Assembly (NCBI GenBank): GCA_027021705.1
Contig: JALUTT010000010.1
Location: 8,211-72,210, forward strand
DNA length: 64,000 nucleotides
Direction: 5' to 3'
Origin: Anaerolineae bacterium
GTDB lineage: Bacteria; Chloroflexota; Anaerolineae; S140-20
This document shows positions 39,810-51,371 of this stretch, in pieces (the first letter of the stretch is position 1; the number at the start of each line of letters is the position of its first letter). The position numbers were made by a program, and so were the translations under genes. The notes beneath the pieces are model-generated. The model searched no databases, was not told where the DNA came from, and saw nothing but the letters and a program-made list of their open reading frames with translations.

Positions 39810-42764
39810 TTAGAGCAGATCCACCGGGTCCACGTCTACCCGCCAGCCGGGGGGGATGGGGACTTGGCGCAGCAGGGCGGCGGGGTCGGGGTGGCGCAGC
39901 AGGAGGTGCCAGCGGTAGGCTCCCCGGAGGCGGGCGAAGAAGGCCGGCGCCGGCCCAATCAGGTCGGTGGCCGGCCTTCCTTCTTCGCGCAGTCGTTCGC
40001 GGATGGCCTCGGCCAGCGCCTCGGCTTCCTGACGGGCCTTGCGGGCCTGGGTGTGGCGGTAGAGGAGACGGGCCAGGCGGCCGTAGGGGGGATAGCCCAT
40101 CTCCTCCCGAAAGGCCAGCTCCCGCCGGGCGAAGGCGCTGTAGTCGTGGGCCGCGGCCGCCCGGATGGCGTAGTGCTCCGGGTGGTAGGTCTGAAGGATC
40201 ACCCGCCCGCCCCGCAGCCCCCGGCCGGCCCGTCCTGCCACCTGAACCAGCAATTGGAAGGTCCGCTCGGCCGCCCGGAAGTCGGGCAGGTGGAGCGCGG
40301 TGTCGGCCGAGACGATCCCCACCAGGGTCACCAGGGGCAGGTCGAGCCCCTTGGCGATCATCTGGGTCCCCACCAGCACGTCGGCCTGTCCCTCGACGAA
40401 GCGGCGCAGGAAGAGGTCGTGGGCTCCCCGCCAGCCTGTGGTGTCCCGATCCCAGCGCAGCAGCCGGGCCTGGGGGAAGAGGGTGCGCACCGCCTCCTCC
40501 ACCCCCTGGGTCCCCAGGCCGAAGTAGCGGATGCGGGTGCTGCCACAGGCCGGGCAACGGGCCGGGGCCGGCTCCCGGTGGTCGCAGTAGTGGCAGACGA
40601 GGTGCGAGGCGGGCAACCCCTCACCGCCTTCGACCGGATGGTGATGCTGGGTCAGTGGGATGTCGCAGCGGGGGCAGGTCATCACGTGGCCGCAGTCCCG
40701 GCAGAAGACGTGGGTTGCCGCCCCCCGCCGGTTCAGGAAGAGGATCACCTGCTCGCCGCGCTCCAGCGTCTCCGCCATCGCCCGTTGGAGGGCCCGGCTG
40801 AAGATGTGGCGGTGGCCGGCCCGCAGCTCCTGGCGCATGTCCACCACCTGGACCTGGGGCAGGGGGAGGACGACGGCCTGGGCCGTCTCCTGCCGGTAGC
40901 GGATCACCGTCAGGCCGAACCGCCGGCGCTGGGCCTCGATCCGACGCCGGTAGCCTCGGATGCGCTGGGGCAGCGTCAGTAGGCGGAAGTCGCCCTGGCG
41001 GGCCCGGTGGTAGCTCTCCAGGCTGGGTGTCGCGCTGCCCAGGATCACCACCGCGCCGGTCAGCCGGGCTCGGGCCAGGGCGACGGTGCGGGCGTGGTAG
41101 TAGGGGGGGCGATCCTGCTTGTAGGAGGTGTCGTGCTCCTCGTCCAGGACGATGAGGCCCGGCCGGGGTAGGGGGGCGAAGAGGGCGGAGCGGGGGCCGA
41201 CGACGATGGGCAGTTCACCGGCTCGGATCCGCCGCCAAGTGTCGTAGCGCTCGCCTTCGGAGAGCCGGCTGTGGAGCAGCGCCACCCGACCGGGAAAGCG
41301 GGCGACGAAGCGGCGCACCGTCTGCGGGGTGAGGCTGATCTCCGGCACCAGCACGATGGCCCCCCGGCCCTGCTCCAGCGTCGCCGCCACCGCCCGCAGG
41401 TAGATCTCCGTCTTGCCCGACCCGGTGACGCCGTGGAGGAGCCAGGTGACCGGCTCCTCGGAGGTGAGGGAGGGGGCGATGGCCTCCCAGACGGCCCGCT
41501 GGTCCGGGGTCAGGGGTGGGGGCGACTCGGGCACGACCTCGATCTCGGCCAGGGGATCTCGCCAGACCTCGGCGGAGCCGAAGGCGACCAGCCCCAGGTC
41601 GGCCAGCCGCTTCAGGTGGTGGGGCCGACAGCGGGCCTGGGCGTAGACCCAGCTCACGTCCACCGGTTCCGGCTCGCGGCGCAGGAGGTCCAGGATGCGC
41701 CGGTAGACGTCGCCGCCGCGCAGTTCGTCGGCCCGGCGTCGGGCCTCGTCGGGGGAGAGGAGGAGCTGGACGAGGGCCGGCGTCTCGATGCGGCGCACGT
41801 AGCCCCGCCGGATGAGGGCTCGCAGCGGAGCGGAGGGGAACTGACCGGCGGGCAGGGGGGCGGCAGCGTCCCGAAGCGTCTGCAGGACGGCGGCCTGGGC
41901 CGGCGCTCGGCTCAGGGTGTCGGTCAGAACCTCCTCGATCGCCTCGCGGGAGAGGGTGGACTCGACCAGCGTCTGGGCCGGTATCAGGGCGATCCACCCC
42001 CGGCGGGCCAGGGCCTGGATGGGGGCGAGGGAGCAACCGACGGCTTCCCGGACCCGCTCCAGCCGGGGGAGAGGGTCGGGGGAGGTGGCCAGCCAGTCCA
42101 GCAGGTCCGCCTGTCGGCTGGAGCGTCCCAACTGGGGGCGGGCGGCGGCGATTTCGGCGTCGGTGGCGGCCAGGTGGACGGTGCGGACGGCCTGGGGGCG
42201 GGCACGGGGCGGGGTCAGGATGGGGCGCTTGCTCACGATACCCTGAGCGGCCAGCCGGTCCACGGCGCGCCGCCACCGCTCCCGCCGCATCACCCGGTCC
42301 AGTTGGCCGCTGCGCAGGGGGCCCCGGCGCTGGAGCAGGGTGATGATCTCCCGCTGGGCCGGGGTGAGGGTTTCGGGCAGTGGAACGCCGGGGAGCAGGG
42401 TGACGAGGGTCTCGGCGCTGCCCACGACGCCGGGGGGGAGCATGGTCTGGAAGCAGGTGGCGAGCGGGGCCAAGTAGTAGTCGGCCATCCAGCGGGCCAA
42501 CCGGACCTGCTCCGCCGTCACCACGGGCTCCGGATCCACCAGCGCCTCCAGGGGGCGGAGCTCTTCGGCGGGAACGGGGCTGGTCTCGCTCAGACCGACG
42601 ACGATGCCGTACTGGCGGCGGGGGCCAAAGGGCACCGTGACCAGGTGGCCAGGCCGGAGCCGGCCCTCCAGGTCCGGCGGGATGGCGTAATGAAAGGTCG
42701 GCTGGGTGGTCTCCTGGGGGCCAGCCGACCGTAGGGGGACGAGGACGGCCACTTCGGCGTACAT
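39810..42764 (-). CDS. priA: Primosomal protein N' (replication restart helicase)
   Basis: 'HGVTGSGKTEIY', 'VPEISLTPQ', 'DEEH', Zn cysteine cluster, 'GTQMIAKGLD', 'QVAGRAGR'. Confidence 0.96.
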   Translation of the reverse strand: MYAEVAVLVPLRSAGPQETTQPTFHYAIPPDLEGRLRPGHLVTVPFGPRRQYGIVVGLSETSPVPAEELRPLEALVDPEPVVTAEQVRLARWMADYYLAPLATCFQTMLPPGVVGSAETLVTLLPGVPLPETLTPAQREIITLLQRRGPLRSGQLDRVMRRERWRRAVDRLAAQGIVSKRPILTPPRARPQAVRTVHLAATDAEIAAARPQLGRSSRQADLLDWLATSPDPLPRLERVREAVGCSLAPIQALARRGWIALIPAQTLVESTLSREAIEEVLTDTLSRAPAQAAVLQTLRDAAAPLPAGQFPSAPLRALIRRGYVRRIETPALVQLLLSPDEARRRADELRGGDVYRRILDLLRREPEPVDVSWVYAQARCRPHHLKRLADLGLVAFGSAEVWRDPLAEIEVVPESPPPLTPDQRAVWEAIAPSLTSEEPVTWLLHGVTGSGKTEIYLRAVAATLEQGRGAIVLVPEISLTPQTVRRFVARFPGRVALLHSRLSEGERYDTWRRIRAGELPIVVGPRSALFAPLPRPGLIVLDEEHDTSYKQDRPPYYHARTVALARARLTGAVVILGSATPSLESYHRARQGDFRLLTLPQRIRGYRRRIEAQRRRFGLTVIRYRQETAQAVVLPLPQVQVVDMRQELRAGHRHIFSRALQRAMAETLERGEQVILFLNRRGAATHVFCRDCGHVMTCPRCDIPLTQHHHPVEGGEGLPASHLVCHYCDHREPAPARCPACGSTRIRYFGLGTQGVEEAVRTLFPQARLLRWDRDTTGWRGAHDLFLRRFVEGQADVLVGTQMIAKGLDLPLVTLVGIVSADTALHLPDFRAAERTFQLLVQVAGRAGRGLRGGRVILQTYHPEHYAIRAAAAHDYSAFARRELAFREEMGYPPYGRLARLLYRHTQARKARQEAEALAEAIRERLREEGRPATDLIGPAPAFFARLRGAYRWHLLLRHPDPAALLRQVPIPPGWRVDVDPVDLL

Positions 42765-42769
42765 CGTGG

Positions 42770-43324
42770 TCAGCGAGTCCTTGGTCCTCGGTCCTTCGTC
42801 CTGAGTCCTGGATCTCTGCGGCTCGATGCGGCGATCGAGGGGGCGGACGGCGGGGTGGTTTCCAGGCTCGCATGGACGACGGTCTCGTTATCCTCCCCGA
42901 AGGTGAAGGTAGCCCGCACCCGTTCCCCGGCAAGGATGCGTGGCAGCCAGTAGGCCCCATCCTGCCACATCTGGGCCAGGGGGAGCCGATCCACCGGGAA
43001 CCAGGCCGGCCTCATCTCCGGGCTCTCCCGGGGAGTTCCTTCCCAGGCGGTGACCAGGAAGACGTGGACTTCCTGGCTCCAGGTGGGCCGGGCGGGGAAG
43101 AGGAAGGTCAGGTGGGCCACGGGTCGGAGGGCAGCTTCTTGGGCCTCGAGGCCGGCTTCCTCCCATAGCTCTCGGAGGGCGGCGGTGGTGATGGTCTCGC
43201 CGGCCTCCACTTTGCCGCCGAAGCCGGCGTATTTTCCGGCCCCGAAGCCGGCCTTCTTGAGTCCCAGGAGGACCTCGCGGGCCGGGTTGCCGCGCACGGG
43301 AAAGCAGAGGGTCCGCTGGTTCAT
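42770..43324 (-). CDS. NUDIX hydrolase, 8-oxo-dGTP diphosphatase (MTH1-like)
   Basis: 'LLGLKKAGFGAGKY.GFGGKVE.GE....ALRELWEEAG' and 'MWQD..YWLP'. Confidence 0.88.
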   Translation of the reverse strand: MNQRTLCFPVRGNPAREVLLGLKKAGFGAGKYAGFGGKVEAGETITTAALRELWEEAGLEAQEAALRPVAHLTFLFPARPTWSQEVHVFLVTAWEGTPRESPEMRPAWFPVDRLPLAQMWQDGAYWLPRILAGERVRATFTFGEDNETVVHASLETTPPSAPSIAASSRRDPGLRTKDRGPRTR

Positions 43325-44665
43325 CTAGGCGTGGTCCCGAACTTGGATGCGCAGGCGGGCGATGCGTTTGCCGTCCATCTCTTCCACCCGGAACCAGACG
43401 TGACGACCGTTGTCGTAGACCTCCACTTCGTCGTGGAGTTGGGGGATGCGCCCCAGTTGGCCCATGACGAAGCCGGCGATGGTGTCGTAGTGGGGGTCGG
43501 AGAGGTTCAGGCCCAGGGCGTCGTTGACCTCTTCGATGAGGGCCAGCCCATCCACCTGGTAGCTTCCATCGGAGAGGGGTTGGATCTCCGGTTCTTGGCG
43601 GTCGAAGGCGTCCTGGATGTCCCCCAAGATCTCCTCGACCAGGTCTTCCAGCGTCACCAGGCCGGCGGTGCCTCCGTACTCGTCCAGCAGGATGGCGATG
43701 TGCTGACGGGCACGGCGGAATTCGGCCAGCAGGTCGTCCACCCGGATCGTCTCGGGCAGGAAGAGGGCTTCGCGGGCCAGGTCTCGGAGGGAGGTGTTTG
43801 CTCCTCCTTTGTGGATTACCCGCACCAGGTCCTTGGTGTGCAGGATGCCGATGATGTGGTCCAGGTCCCCTTCGTAGACGGGGAACTTGGTCAGGAGGGT
43901 CTCGGCGGCCAGTTCGACCACTTCATCGAGGGTGGCATCGGCCGAGATGCAGACCATCTCGGTGCGAGGGATCATCACCTGGCGGGCGACCATGTTGCCC
44001 AGGTCGAAGACGGCGTGGAGCATCTCCCGCTCCTCGGGTTCGATGACGCCGCTCTCCTCGCTCTCCTCGACGATCAGCTTGAGCTCTTCTACGGTGTAGA
44101 TGGCGGAGTGGCCGCCCATGGGCTGCATGCCCAGGGCGCGCAGGATGGCGCTGGATAACCGGTCCAGGACCCAGACGAAGGGGTGGAAGAGAAGGGTGAA
44201 GAGGTACATCGGCCGGGCCGCCAGGATGGCCGCCTGTTCGGGGAACCGGAGGCTGGCGACTTTGGGGACCTGTTCCCCCAGGACGACGTGGAGGCCGGTG
44301 ACGATGGTGAGGGAGAGGATGACGGGCAGGGCGGCGAGGACGATGCTCAGGAAGCCGGCGGTCTGTTGGGCCGCTTCGTGGAGCCATGGTTCCAGCAGTT
44401 CGGCGGCGGTGTTCTCCCCCAGGTCACCCAGGGCCAGGCTGACGATGGTGACGCCCACCTGCGCCGCGGCGATCAGCCGGTCTTTGGCTTCCTGGGATTC
44501 CACCCAGTGGCGGACGATGGCGACAGCCCCGTTCCTTTCCTCGGCGAGTTGCTCGATGCGCGTCCGTCGGATGGCGACGACGGCGAACTCGACGGTGACG
44601 AAGAAGGCGTTGAGGCCGATGAGAAAAGCGATGCCCAGAATTTTAAGTAGCAGAGAGCCTTCCAT
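43325..44665 (-). CDS. Hemolysin-family CNNM/CBS/CorC protein
   Basis: 'NAFFV..EFA', 'GEQVPK', 'VMIPR', 'DEYGGTAGLVTLEDLVEEI'. Confidence 0.92.
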   Translation of the reverse strand: MEGSLLLKILGIAFLIGLNAFFVTVEFAVVAIRRTRIEQLAEERNGAVAIVRHWVESQEAKDRLIAAAQVGVTIVSLALGDLGENTAAELLEPWLHEAAQQTAGFLSIVLAALPVILSLTIVTGLHVVLGEQVPKVASLRFPEQAAILAARPMYLFTLLFHPFVWVLDRLSSAILRALGMQPMGGHSAIYTVEELKLIVEESEESGVIEPEEREMLHAVFDLGNMVARQVMIPRTEMVCISADATLDEVVELAAETLLTKFPVYEGDLDHIIGILHTKDLVRVIHKGGANTSLRDLAREALFLPETIRVDDLLAEFRRARQHIAILLDEYGGTAGLVTLEDLVEEILGDIQDAFDRQEPEIQPLSDGSYQVDGLALIEEVNDALGLNLSDPHYDTIAGFVMGQLGRIPQLHDEVEVYDNGRHVWFRVEEMDGKRIARLRIQVRDHA

Positions 44666-44709
44666 TGGATAAGTTACAGATAAGTTGGGGGGTGCTACCC
44701 CGATGCGTG

Positions 44710-45573
44710 TTACGTGTTGCGCGTTGCGTGTTGCGTCGTGTAGAAGACGGCGGCAGCATAGCCTACGACGGCGTAGTAGTCACCGGTGACGTCACCGGAG
44801 GTGGCGTAGTGGAGCAGACGGGCTTCGTTGGCCCCCAGGGCCTGGGCGGCGAACATGACGGTGGCCATCGGCCCGCCCCCACAGGCCTGTCCTTTGCCCG
44901 TCTCCAGCACCTCCAGCAGCCCCACAGGGTCGAAGGCGGCGATGCGATCGGTGACGACGGTGTCCAACCGGCGGGCGGTGTTGGCGTCGTAGTAGTGGGA
45001 GAGGTCGGAGCTGGCGATCAAGAGGGCTCTCCTGCCCTGCAGCAGGTCGGCCAAGGCTGCTCCCAGCTCACGGCAGGCGGCCTCCGACTGATCGCGCATC
45101 ATCACCGGGAGCAGGCGGAACTCTCCATCCAGGGCGACCTGGAGGAAGGGGAGCTGGATCTCCAGGGAGTGCTCCTGGTCCTGCCGCACCCGCCGCAGCC
45201 CCACCCGGTGGTCTAATTCCTCCAACAGCTCTGTTGCCACCGGCACCTCTCCCAGCGGCGTCTGATAGCCATCGTGGGCGGTGGTGAAGAAGGGGGCGAA
45301 GCCCAGCCCCCGATGGTCTGGCCCGATGAGGGCGACCACGTCGTAGGTGTTGCCTTCGACCTGGCGATAGGCGTAGCCGGCGACGGGACCGGAGTAGATG
45401 TGGCCGGCATGGGGAGCGACCAGTCCAATCACCCGTCCGGGGACGACCTCCACCTGGGCCTCCCGGATGTAGCTGGCGACGGAGTCACGAAGTTGCTTCG
45501 GTGAACCGGTATACCAGGTCCCTGCGATAGGGGACGGTCTGGGGTCTCGGACGGCGGTCTTCACGACACTCAT
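44710..45573 (-). CDS. amrB: AmmeMemoRadiSam system protein B (MEMO1 family)
   Basis: 'AGTWY', 'APHAGHIYSG', 'EHSLEIQLPFL', 'SSDLSHY', 'ACG', 'VGY'. Confidence 0.9.
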   Translation of the reverse strand: MSVVKTAVRDPRPSPIAGTWYTGSPKQLRDSVASYIREAQVEVVPGRVIGLVAPHAGHIYSGPVAGYAYRQVEGNTYDVVALIGPDHRGLGFAPFFTTAHDGYQTPLGEVPVATELLEELDHRVGLRRVRQDQEHSLEIQLPFLQVALDGEFRLLPVMMRDQSEAACRELGAALADLLQGRRALLIASSDLSHYYDANTARRLDTVVTDRIAAFDPVGLLEVLETGKGQACGGGPMATVMFAAQALGANEARLLHYATSGDVTGDYYAVVGYAAAVFYTTQHATRNT

Positions 45574-45600
45574 TGCAACACCTCCTACGTTCCAACCGGC

Positions 45601-46221
45601 CTACAACCGGACGATCCGTGGTTTCACCCGACAGTGTTCCGCCGTGATGATAGCCAGAATCTGATCTACGGCTTTGTCCAATTCCCCCGTTCGGTTGACG
45701 ACCACGTAGTCGAACTCGGGCAGCCGCCGCATCTCCTGACGGGAGGTGGCGATGCGGAGCTTGAGTTGGTCAGGAGGCTCCGTCTTGCGGGCTTGGAGGC
45801 GGGCGATCAGTTCTTCTTCCGAAGGGGCCGTGACGAAGATGAGGACCGCCTCGGGGATGAGGCGACGGATGGTGGCGGCTCCCTGGACGTCTATGCGGAG
45901 GATCACGTCCTTGCCGCTGGCCAGGGCCTGGCGCACCTGCTCTTTGGGGATGCCTTTGTAATCTCCATATACGACGGCGTACTCCAGGAGCTGATCCTCC
46001 TCGATCATCTGGGCGAATTCGTCGGTGGAGACGAAGAAATAATCGCGACCGTGGACTTCCCCCTCGCGTTGGGGACGGGTGGTGGCCGTGACGACGAAGT
46101 GGAAGGGATAGCCTAGCTCCTTCATCCGGGCGATGAGCCGGTCCTTGCCGGCGCCCGAGGGGCCGGAGATGACGATGAGCAGCGGATAGGTGGGGAAGTG
46201 GTAGAGGTCCTCAGTCTCCAC
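45601..46221 (-). CDS. gmk: Guanylate kinase
   Basis: 'ISGPSGAGKD', 'TTRPQREGEVHGRDYFF', 'IDVQGA'. Confidence 0.95.
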   Translation of the reverse strand: METEDLYHFPTYPLLIVISGPSGAGKDRLIARMKELGYPFHFVVTATTRPQREGEVHGRDYFFVSTDEFAQMIEEDQLLEYAVVYGDYKGIPKEQVRQALASGKDVILRIDVQGAATIRRLIPEAVLIFVTAPSEEELIARLQARKTEPPDQLKLRIATSRQEMRRLPEFDYVVVNRTGELDKAVDQILAIITAEHCRVKPRIVRL

Positions 46222-46386
46222 AGACGGGTTCCCTTTGGTTGCTCCAGTGCCTTGCTTCGGGTATAATCTAGAGAAAACCTCGCTTCTGACCCTCTCGCGG
46301 GCCTCTGAGGCCGTGGGCCGGCCTCCCCGGTGCTCGATGAGACCTCGGAGAACCTGCGGGAGGGTTCAATGGTCAGGAGGAGAACG

Positions 46387-46791
46387 ATGCCCATCTACGA
46401 GTATCGCTGTCTTGACTGTGGTCGCAAGCTCTCCGTTTTCTGGCGCAGCCGACACGATGTGAAGCCGGTGAGCTGTCGCCGCTGTGGGAGCGATCGCCTG
46501 GTCCGCATGGTCTCTCGGGTGCGCCTGATGCGCTCGGAAGAGAGCCGGCTGGACGATCTGGCCGATGAAGCGATGCTGGCCGACCTGGATGAGAACGACC
46601 CCCGCAGCCTGGGGCGCTGGATGCGCCGGATGAGCCAGGAACTGGGGGAGGACCTGGGGCCGGAGTTCGACGAGATCGTGGGCCGGCTGGAGGCGGGCGA
46701 GAGCCCTGAGGAGATCGAGAAGTCCATGCCGGAACTGGCCGACTGGGCCGATGGAGGCGAGGACTTCGTCGGTGGGAGCGAGTTCGATTGA
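46387..46791 (+). CDS. FmdB-family zinc ribbon protein
   Basis: 'MPIYEYRCLDCG...CRRCGS'. Confidence 0.9.
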   Translation: MPIYEYRCLDCGRKLSVFWRSRHDVKPVSCRRCGSDRLVRMVSRVRLMRSEESRLDDLADEAMLADLDENDPRSLGRWMRRMSQELGEDLGPEFDEIVGRLEAGESPEEIEKSMPELADWADGGEDFVGGSEFD

Positions 46792-46800
46792 GCGAACCCC

Positions 46801-47057
46801 TCTCCCGTAGGAGGGCTTTTCAAGCCCGACCTGTCGGCCCTGGAAGGGCCTCCTACGAGCCTTCCCGTAGGAGGGCTTTTCAAGCCCGACCTGTCGGCCC
46901 TGGAAGGGCCTCCTACGAGCCTTCCCGTCGGAGGGCTTTTCAAGCCTGACCCGTCGGCCCTGGAAGGGCCTCCTACGAGCTTCCCGTAGGAGGGCTTTTC
47001 AAGCCCGACCTGTCGGCCTTGGAAGGACCTCCTATCGGCCCTGGAAGGGCCTCCTAC
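46801..47057. repeat. Tandem array of ~60-bp REP doublets (GTAG-type, REPIN/BIME-like), 4 units plus a partial unit
   Basis: GTAGGAGGGCTTTTCAAGCCCGAC paired with inverted GTCGGCCCTGGAAGGGCCTCCTAC in each unit. Confidence 0.85.
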
Positions 47058-47698
47058 GCCGTCTCCCGCTCTAACAAGGGCACGACGGCCTTCCAGATGT
47101 CGGTCTGCACCGCCTCGATGGGGCGATCGGCATCCAGCACTCGCCATCGTCCCGGTTCTGCTGCTGCCAGGGCGAGGTACCCTGCCCGCACCCGTTGGTG
47201 AAAGGCTACCTCCTCTTGGTCTAACCGGTTCCACTCCCCTTCGCCCCGTTGGAGGGCCTCCCGTTTGCGTGCCAGTCCCTTCTCGACCGGCAGGTCCAGG
47301 TAAAGCGTCAGGTGAGGTTTTAACCCGCCGGTGGCGAAGTCCATCATCCTCCGTAGCGTCTCCAGATCCAGCCCGCGACCGTATCCCTGGTAGGCGAGGG
47401 TGCTGTCGGTGTAGCGGTCGCAGAGGACGATGGTGCCTCGTGCCAGGGCCGGGCGGATGACCTCGGCGACCAGTTGGGCTCGGGAGGCGGCGTAGAGCAG
47501 GACCTCGGTTCGGGGGTCCATCGCCCGGTTGCGGAGGTCGTGGAGCACGGCCCGAATCTGGTCGCCGATGGCGGTACCGCCAGGTTCACGGGTGGTGAGG
47601 ACGGGCTGGCCGGCCTGGCGTAGCCGGTCGGCCAGCCGTTGGATCTGCGTCGTCTTCCCACTCCCCTCGGGGCCTTCGAAGGTGATGAAAAGGCCCAT
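47054..47698 (-). CDS. tmk: Thymidylate kinase
   Basis: 'FITFEGPEGSGKTTQ', 'TREPGG', 'CDRYTDSTLAYQG'. Confidence 0.96.
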   Translation of the reverse strand: MGLFITFEGPEGSGKTTQIQRLADRLRQAGQPVLTTREPGGTAIGDQIRAVLHDLRNRAMDPRTEVLLYAASRAQLVAEVIRPALARGTIVLCDRYTDSTLAYQGYGRGLDLETLRRMMDFATGGLKPHLTLYLDLPVEKGLARKREALQRGEGEWNRLDQEEVAFHQRVRAGYLALAAAEPGRWRVLDADRPIEAVQTDIWKAVVPLLERETA

Positions 47699-47717
47699 TC
47701 CATCGCTGGTGCTGGGG

Positions 47718-48185
47718 CTAGCTGGCCTGCACGGCCAGGTAGTTCTGGAGACCCATCTGCTCGATCTGGTCGAGTTGGGCCTCAAGCCAGTCCACGTGGG
47801 CTTCCTCGTCCTGGAGGATGGATTCGAGAAGCTCCCGGGTCCCGTTGTCGCCGACCTCGGTGGCCAGCCGGATGCCTTCGTTGTACGCTCTCACGGCACC
47901 CTCTTCGGCCGCCAGATCGTGCCTGTACTGGGCTTCGACGTCGGGGCCGATGGTGACCTCGTTCAGCCGGGTGACGATGGGCGTTCCTTCCAGGAAGAGG
48001 ATGCGTTCGATCAGCTTTTCCGCGTGCTTCATCTCCTGGACGGCCCGCTTCTCAATCGCCTGATGGAGCCGTTCGTACCCCCAGTTGGCGCACATCTCCG
48101 AGTGTACGATGTACTGGTTGATGGCGGTCAGTTCGTCGGCCAAGAGGGCGTTCAGCGTTTCGATGAGTTTCTGGTCCCCTTTCAT
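47718..48185 (-). CDS. bfr: Bacterioferritin
   Basis: 'MKGD', 'ELTAINQY', 'EMKHA', 'RILFLEG.P', 'DEEAHVDWLE'. Confidence 0.95.
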   Translation of the reverse strand: MKGDQKLIETLNALLADELTAINQYIVHSEMCANWGYERLHQAIEKRAVQEMKHAEKLIERILFLEGTPIVTRLNEVTIGPDVEAQYRHDLAAEEGAVRAYNEGIRLATEVGDNGTRELLESILQDEEAHVDWLEAQLDQIEQMGLQNYLAVQAS

Positions 48186-48242
48186 ACTTCCTCCTTCAGA
48201 CAGAGTTCACGCTTTGCGTCTTACGTTTCATACCTCCACCGC

Positions 48243-49856
<1,614 letters not shown>

Positions 49857-49977
49857 CTGATTTTTCTTCTACCCTCCTCTGCGTGGTTCTTGGTTAGTCT
49901 GGGAACCGGCTCTTCTCGTCGGTCCTCCTCGATCGGCATAACAACCGCTCTGGTCCGGTCGTCCGTTCAATGGCCGT

Positions 49978-50904
49978 TCAATGGATGGAGACCGAGGGCG
50001 TGCTCATCTCGGTGGGCGTCTCCAGCCCCAGGGTGTGGGCCCAGGCGGGCTCGACAATCCGGGCGACGGTGTGCCGGACCAGGACGGCAGTGGTCAGCAG
50101 CGGCTCGAAGCCGGCCTGGCGCAGGGCTCCATCCAGCCCCCCCTGATAGCGGCGCACCCGACAGTAGATGGGCCGGTCCGGTGCGTTGCGCAGCGCAGCT
50201 AGCCCATGGGCCAGCAGGAGGTCCACGTAGCGATCGGCCTGGGGGTGGAGCATCAGGTAGAGGGCGTGGCCCAACCGGCCCCGGCGCACGGCCAGGTGGG
50301 CGATGATCTCCTGTCCTTGCTCCAGCACCAGGGCGTCGTGCCAGCGGTCGGGCTGAAGGCCGTTCCACGTTCCCTCGGCCTGGCGGACGAGGGGGGGGAC
50401 CAAGTTGATGTAGAAGCTGCGCACGGCCCATCGGTCGGCAGCCCGGTAGGGACGCAGGCCGGGCAGCCTCCTGGCCTGGAGACCGACAGAGGGACGGTCC
50501 AGGCGGTAGATTTGCTGGTAGGTGTAGAGGGCAAAGCCGGCCCGTTGCAGGTGCTCTATGACTTCTCCGCCCTCCGGGGCTTCCACCACCAGTCGGTGGG
50601 CTCCGCGCCGTCCCAGGTAGGCCACGATCCCCTCTAGGAGGGGCAGCCAGTCCTCCTGGGTGCTGACGCTCAGGTAGCAGAGATGGGCCCGGCTGGCGCC
50701 AGGCTGATGGGTGAGCTGGGCGAAGGCCCGCCGAGGCAGGACCAGGGTCTGCATCCCCCAGCTACCCAGCGTCAGGTAGCCGATCAGCGCCTGGCGGAGA
50801 GGGGAGACCCCCTCCAGCAAGGCTCGCTCGTAATCCAGCACGTGACCGTGATCCCGTAGTCGTCGGACCAGGTCCAGATCACGCCAGTCGAAAGGTCGAA
50901 TCAT
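49978..50904 (-). CDS. Hypothetical protein (tandem GNAT-like folds, tentative)
   Basis: 'MIRPFDWRD' and 'LRPYRAAD' starts of two domains, '..AGF' motifs. Confidence 0.7.
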   Translation of the reverse strand: MIRPFDWRDLDLVRRLRDHGHVLDYERALLEGVSPLRQALIGYLTLGSWGMQTLVLPRRAFAQLTHQPGASRAHLCYLSVSTQEDWLPLLEGIVAYLGRRGAHRLVVEAPEGGEVIEHLQRAGFALYTYQQIYRLDRPSVGLQARRLPGLRPYRAADRWAVRSFYINLVPPLVRQAEGTWNGLQPDRWHDALVLEQGQEIIAHLAVRRGRLGHALYLMLHPQADRYVDLLLAHGLAALRNAPDRPIYCRVRRYQGGLDGALRQAGFEPLLTTAVLVRHTVARIVEPAWAHTLGLETPTEMSTPSVSIH

Positions 50905-50983
50905 CACCCTGGTTCCATCCGCCTTTGGTCCTGCTTCGGATTGGGAGCGTGACCAAACGCATGCGGAACGTTTCAGCTCTCGT

Positions 50984-51080
50984 ACCCTCCCGCAGGTCAC
51001 CGGTCGAGGGCGCTTTCAGCCCCGATGGGCTATTTGAAGCACAGTTTCGCGTCGGAAACGCGCCTAGCCTGCGGGAGGGT
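50984..51080 (+). repeat. Family A repeat copy
   Basis: Near-identical to 4179-4274. Confidence 0.9.
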
Positions 51081-51145
51081 GAACAGTTACCAGCTACTTA
51101 TGGTATTGTACACCGGTTAATCGTCCACGACAAGTAAGGAAAACC

Positions 51146-51299
51146 CGGTGATTACCCATATCTTTGGAGATAGGGAGACTAACCGTCCACGAATGGGGCA
51201 CGAAACATGAATTAAGGACCGCCTCATTCGTGCATTTGTGAGAAATTCGTGGACGGCCTGCTACGGACCACTCTCTCGCTCACTTGTGGGTAATCACCG
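51146..51299 (+). repeat. Family B repeat copy 2 (longer central region)
   Basis: Same TIRs and arms as 30113-30215, with about 50 extra central bp. Confidence 0.85.
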
Positions 51300-51371
51300 C
51301 AGGAAAAGGACCGGCATCGGGTGCCGGTCCTTCGGTGCGGCCATGTCCATCGCTCTTCGCCTCTCAATCCC

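Noticed and set aside
38881..40557. 558-aa version of the DUF4058 ORF
   Set aside because: The N-terminal extension overlaps priA out of frame; the real start is GTG 39711 with RBS
46801..47057. CRISPR array
   Set aside because: Whole 60-bp units are repeated with no unique spacers; fits REP doublets
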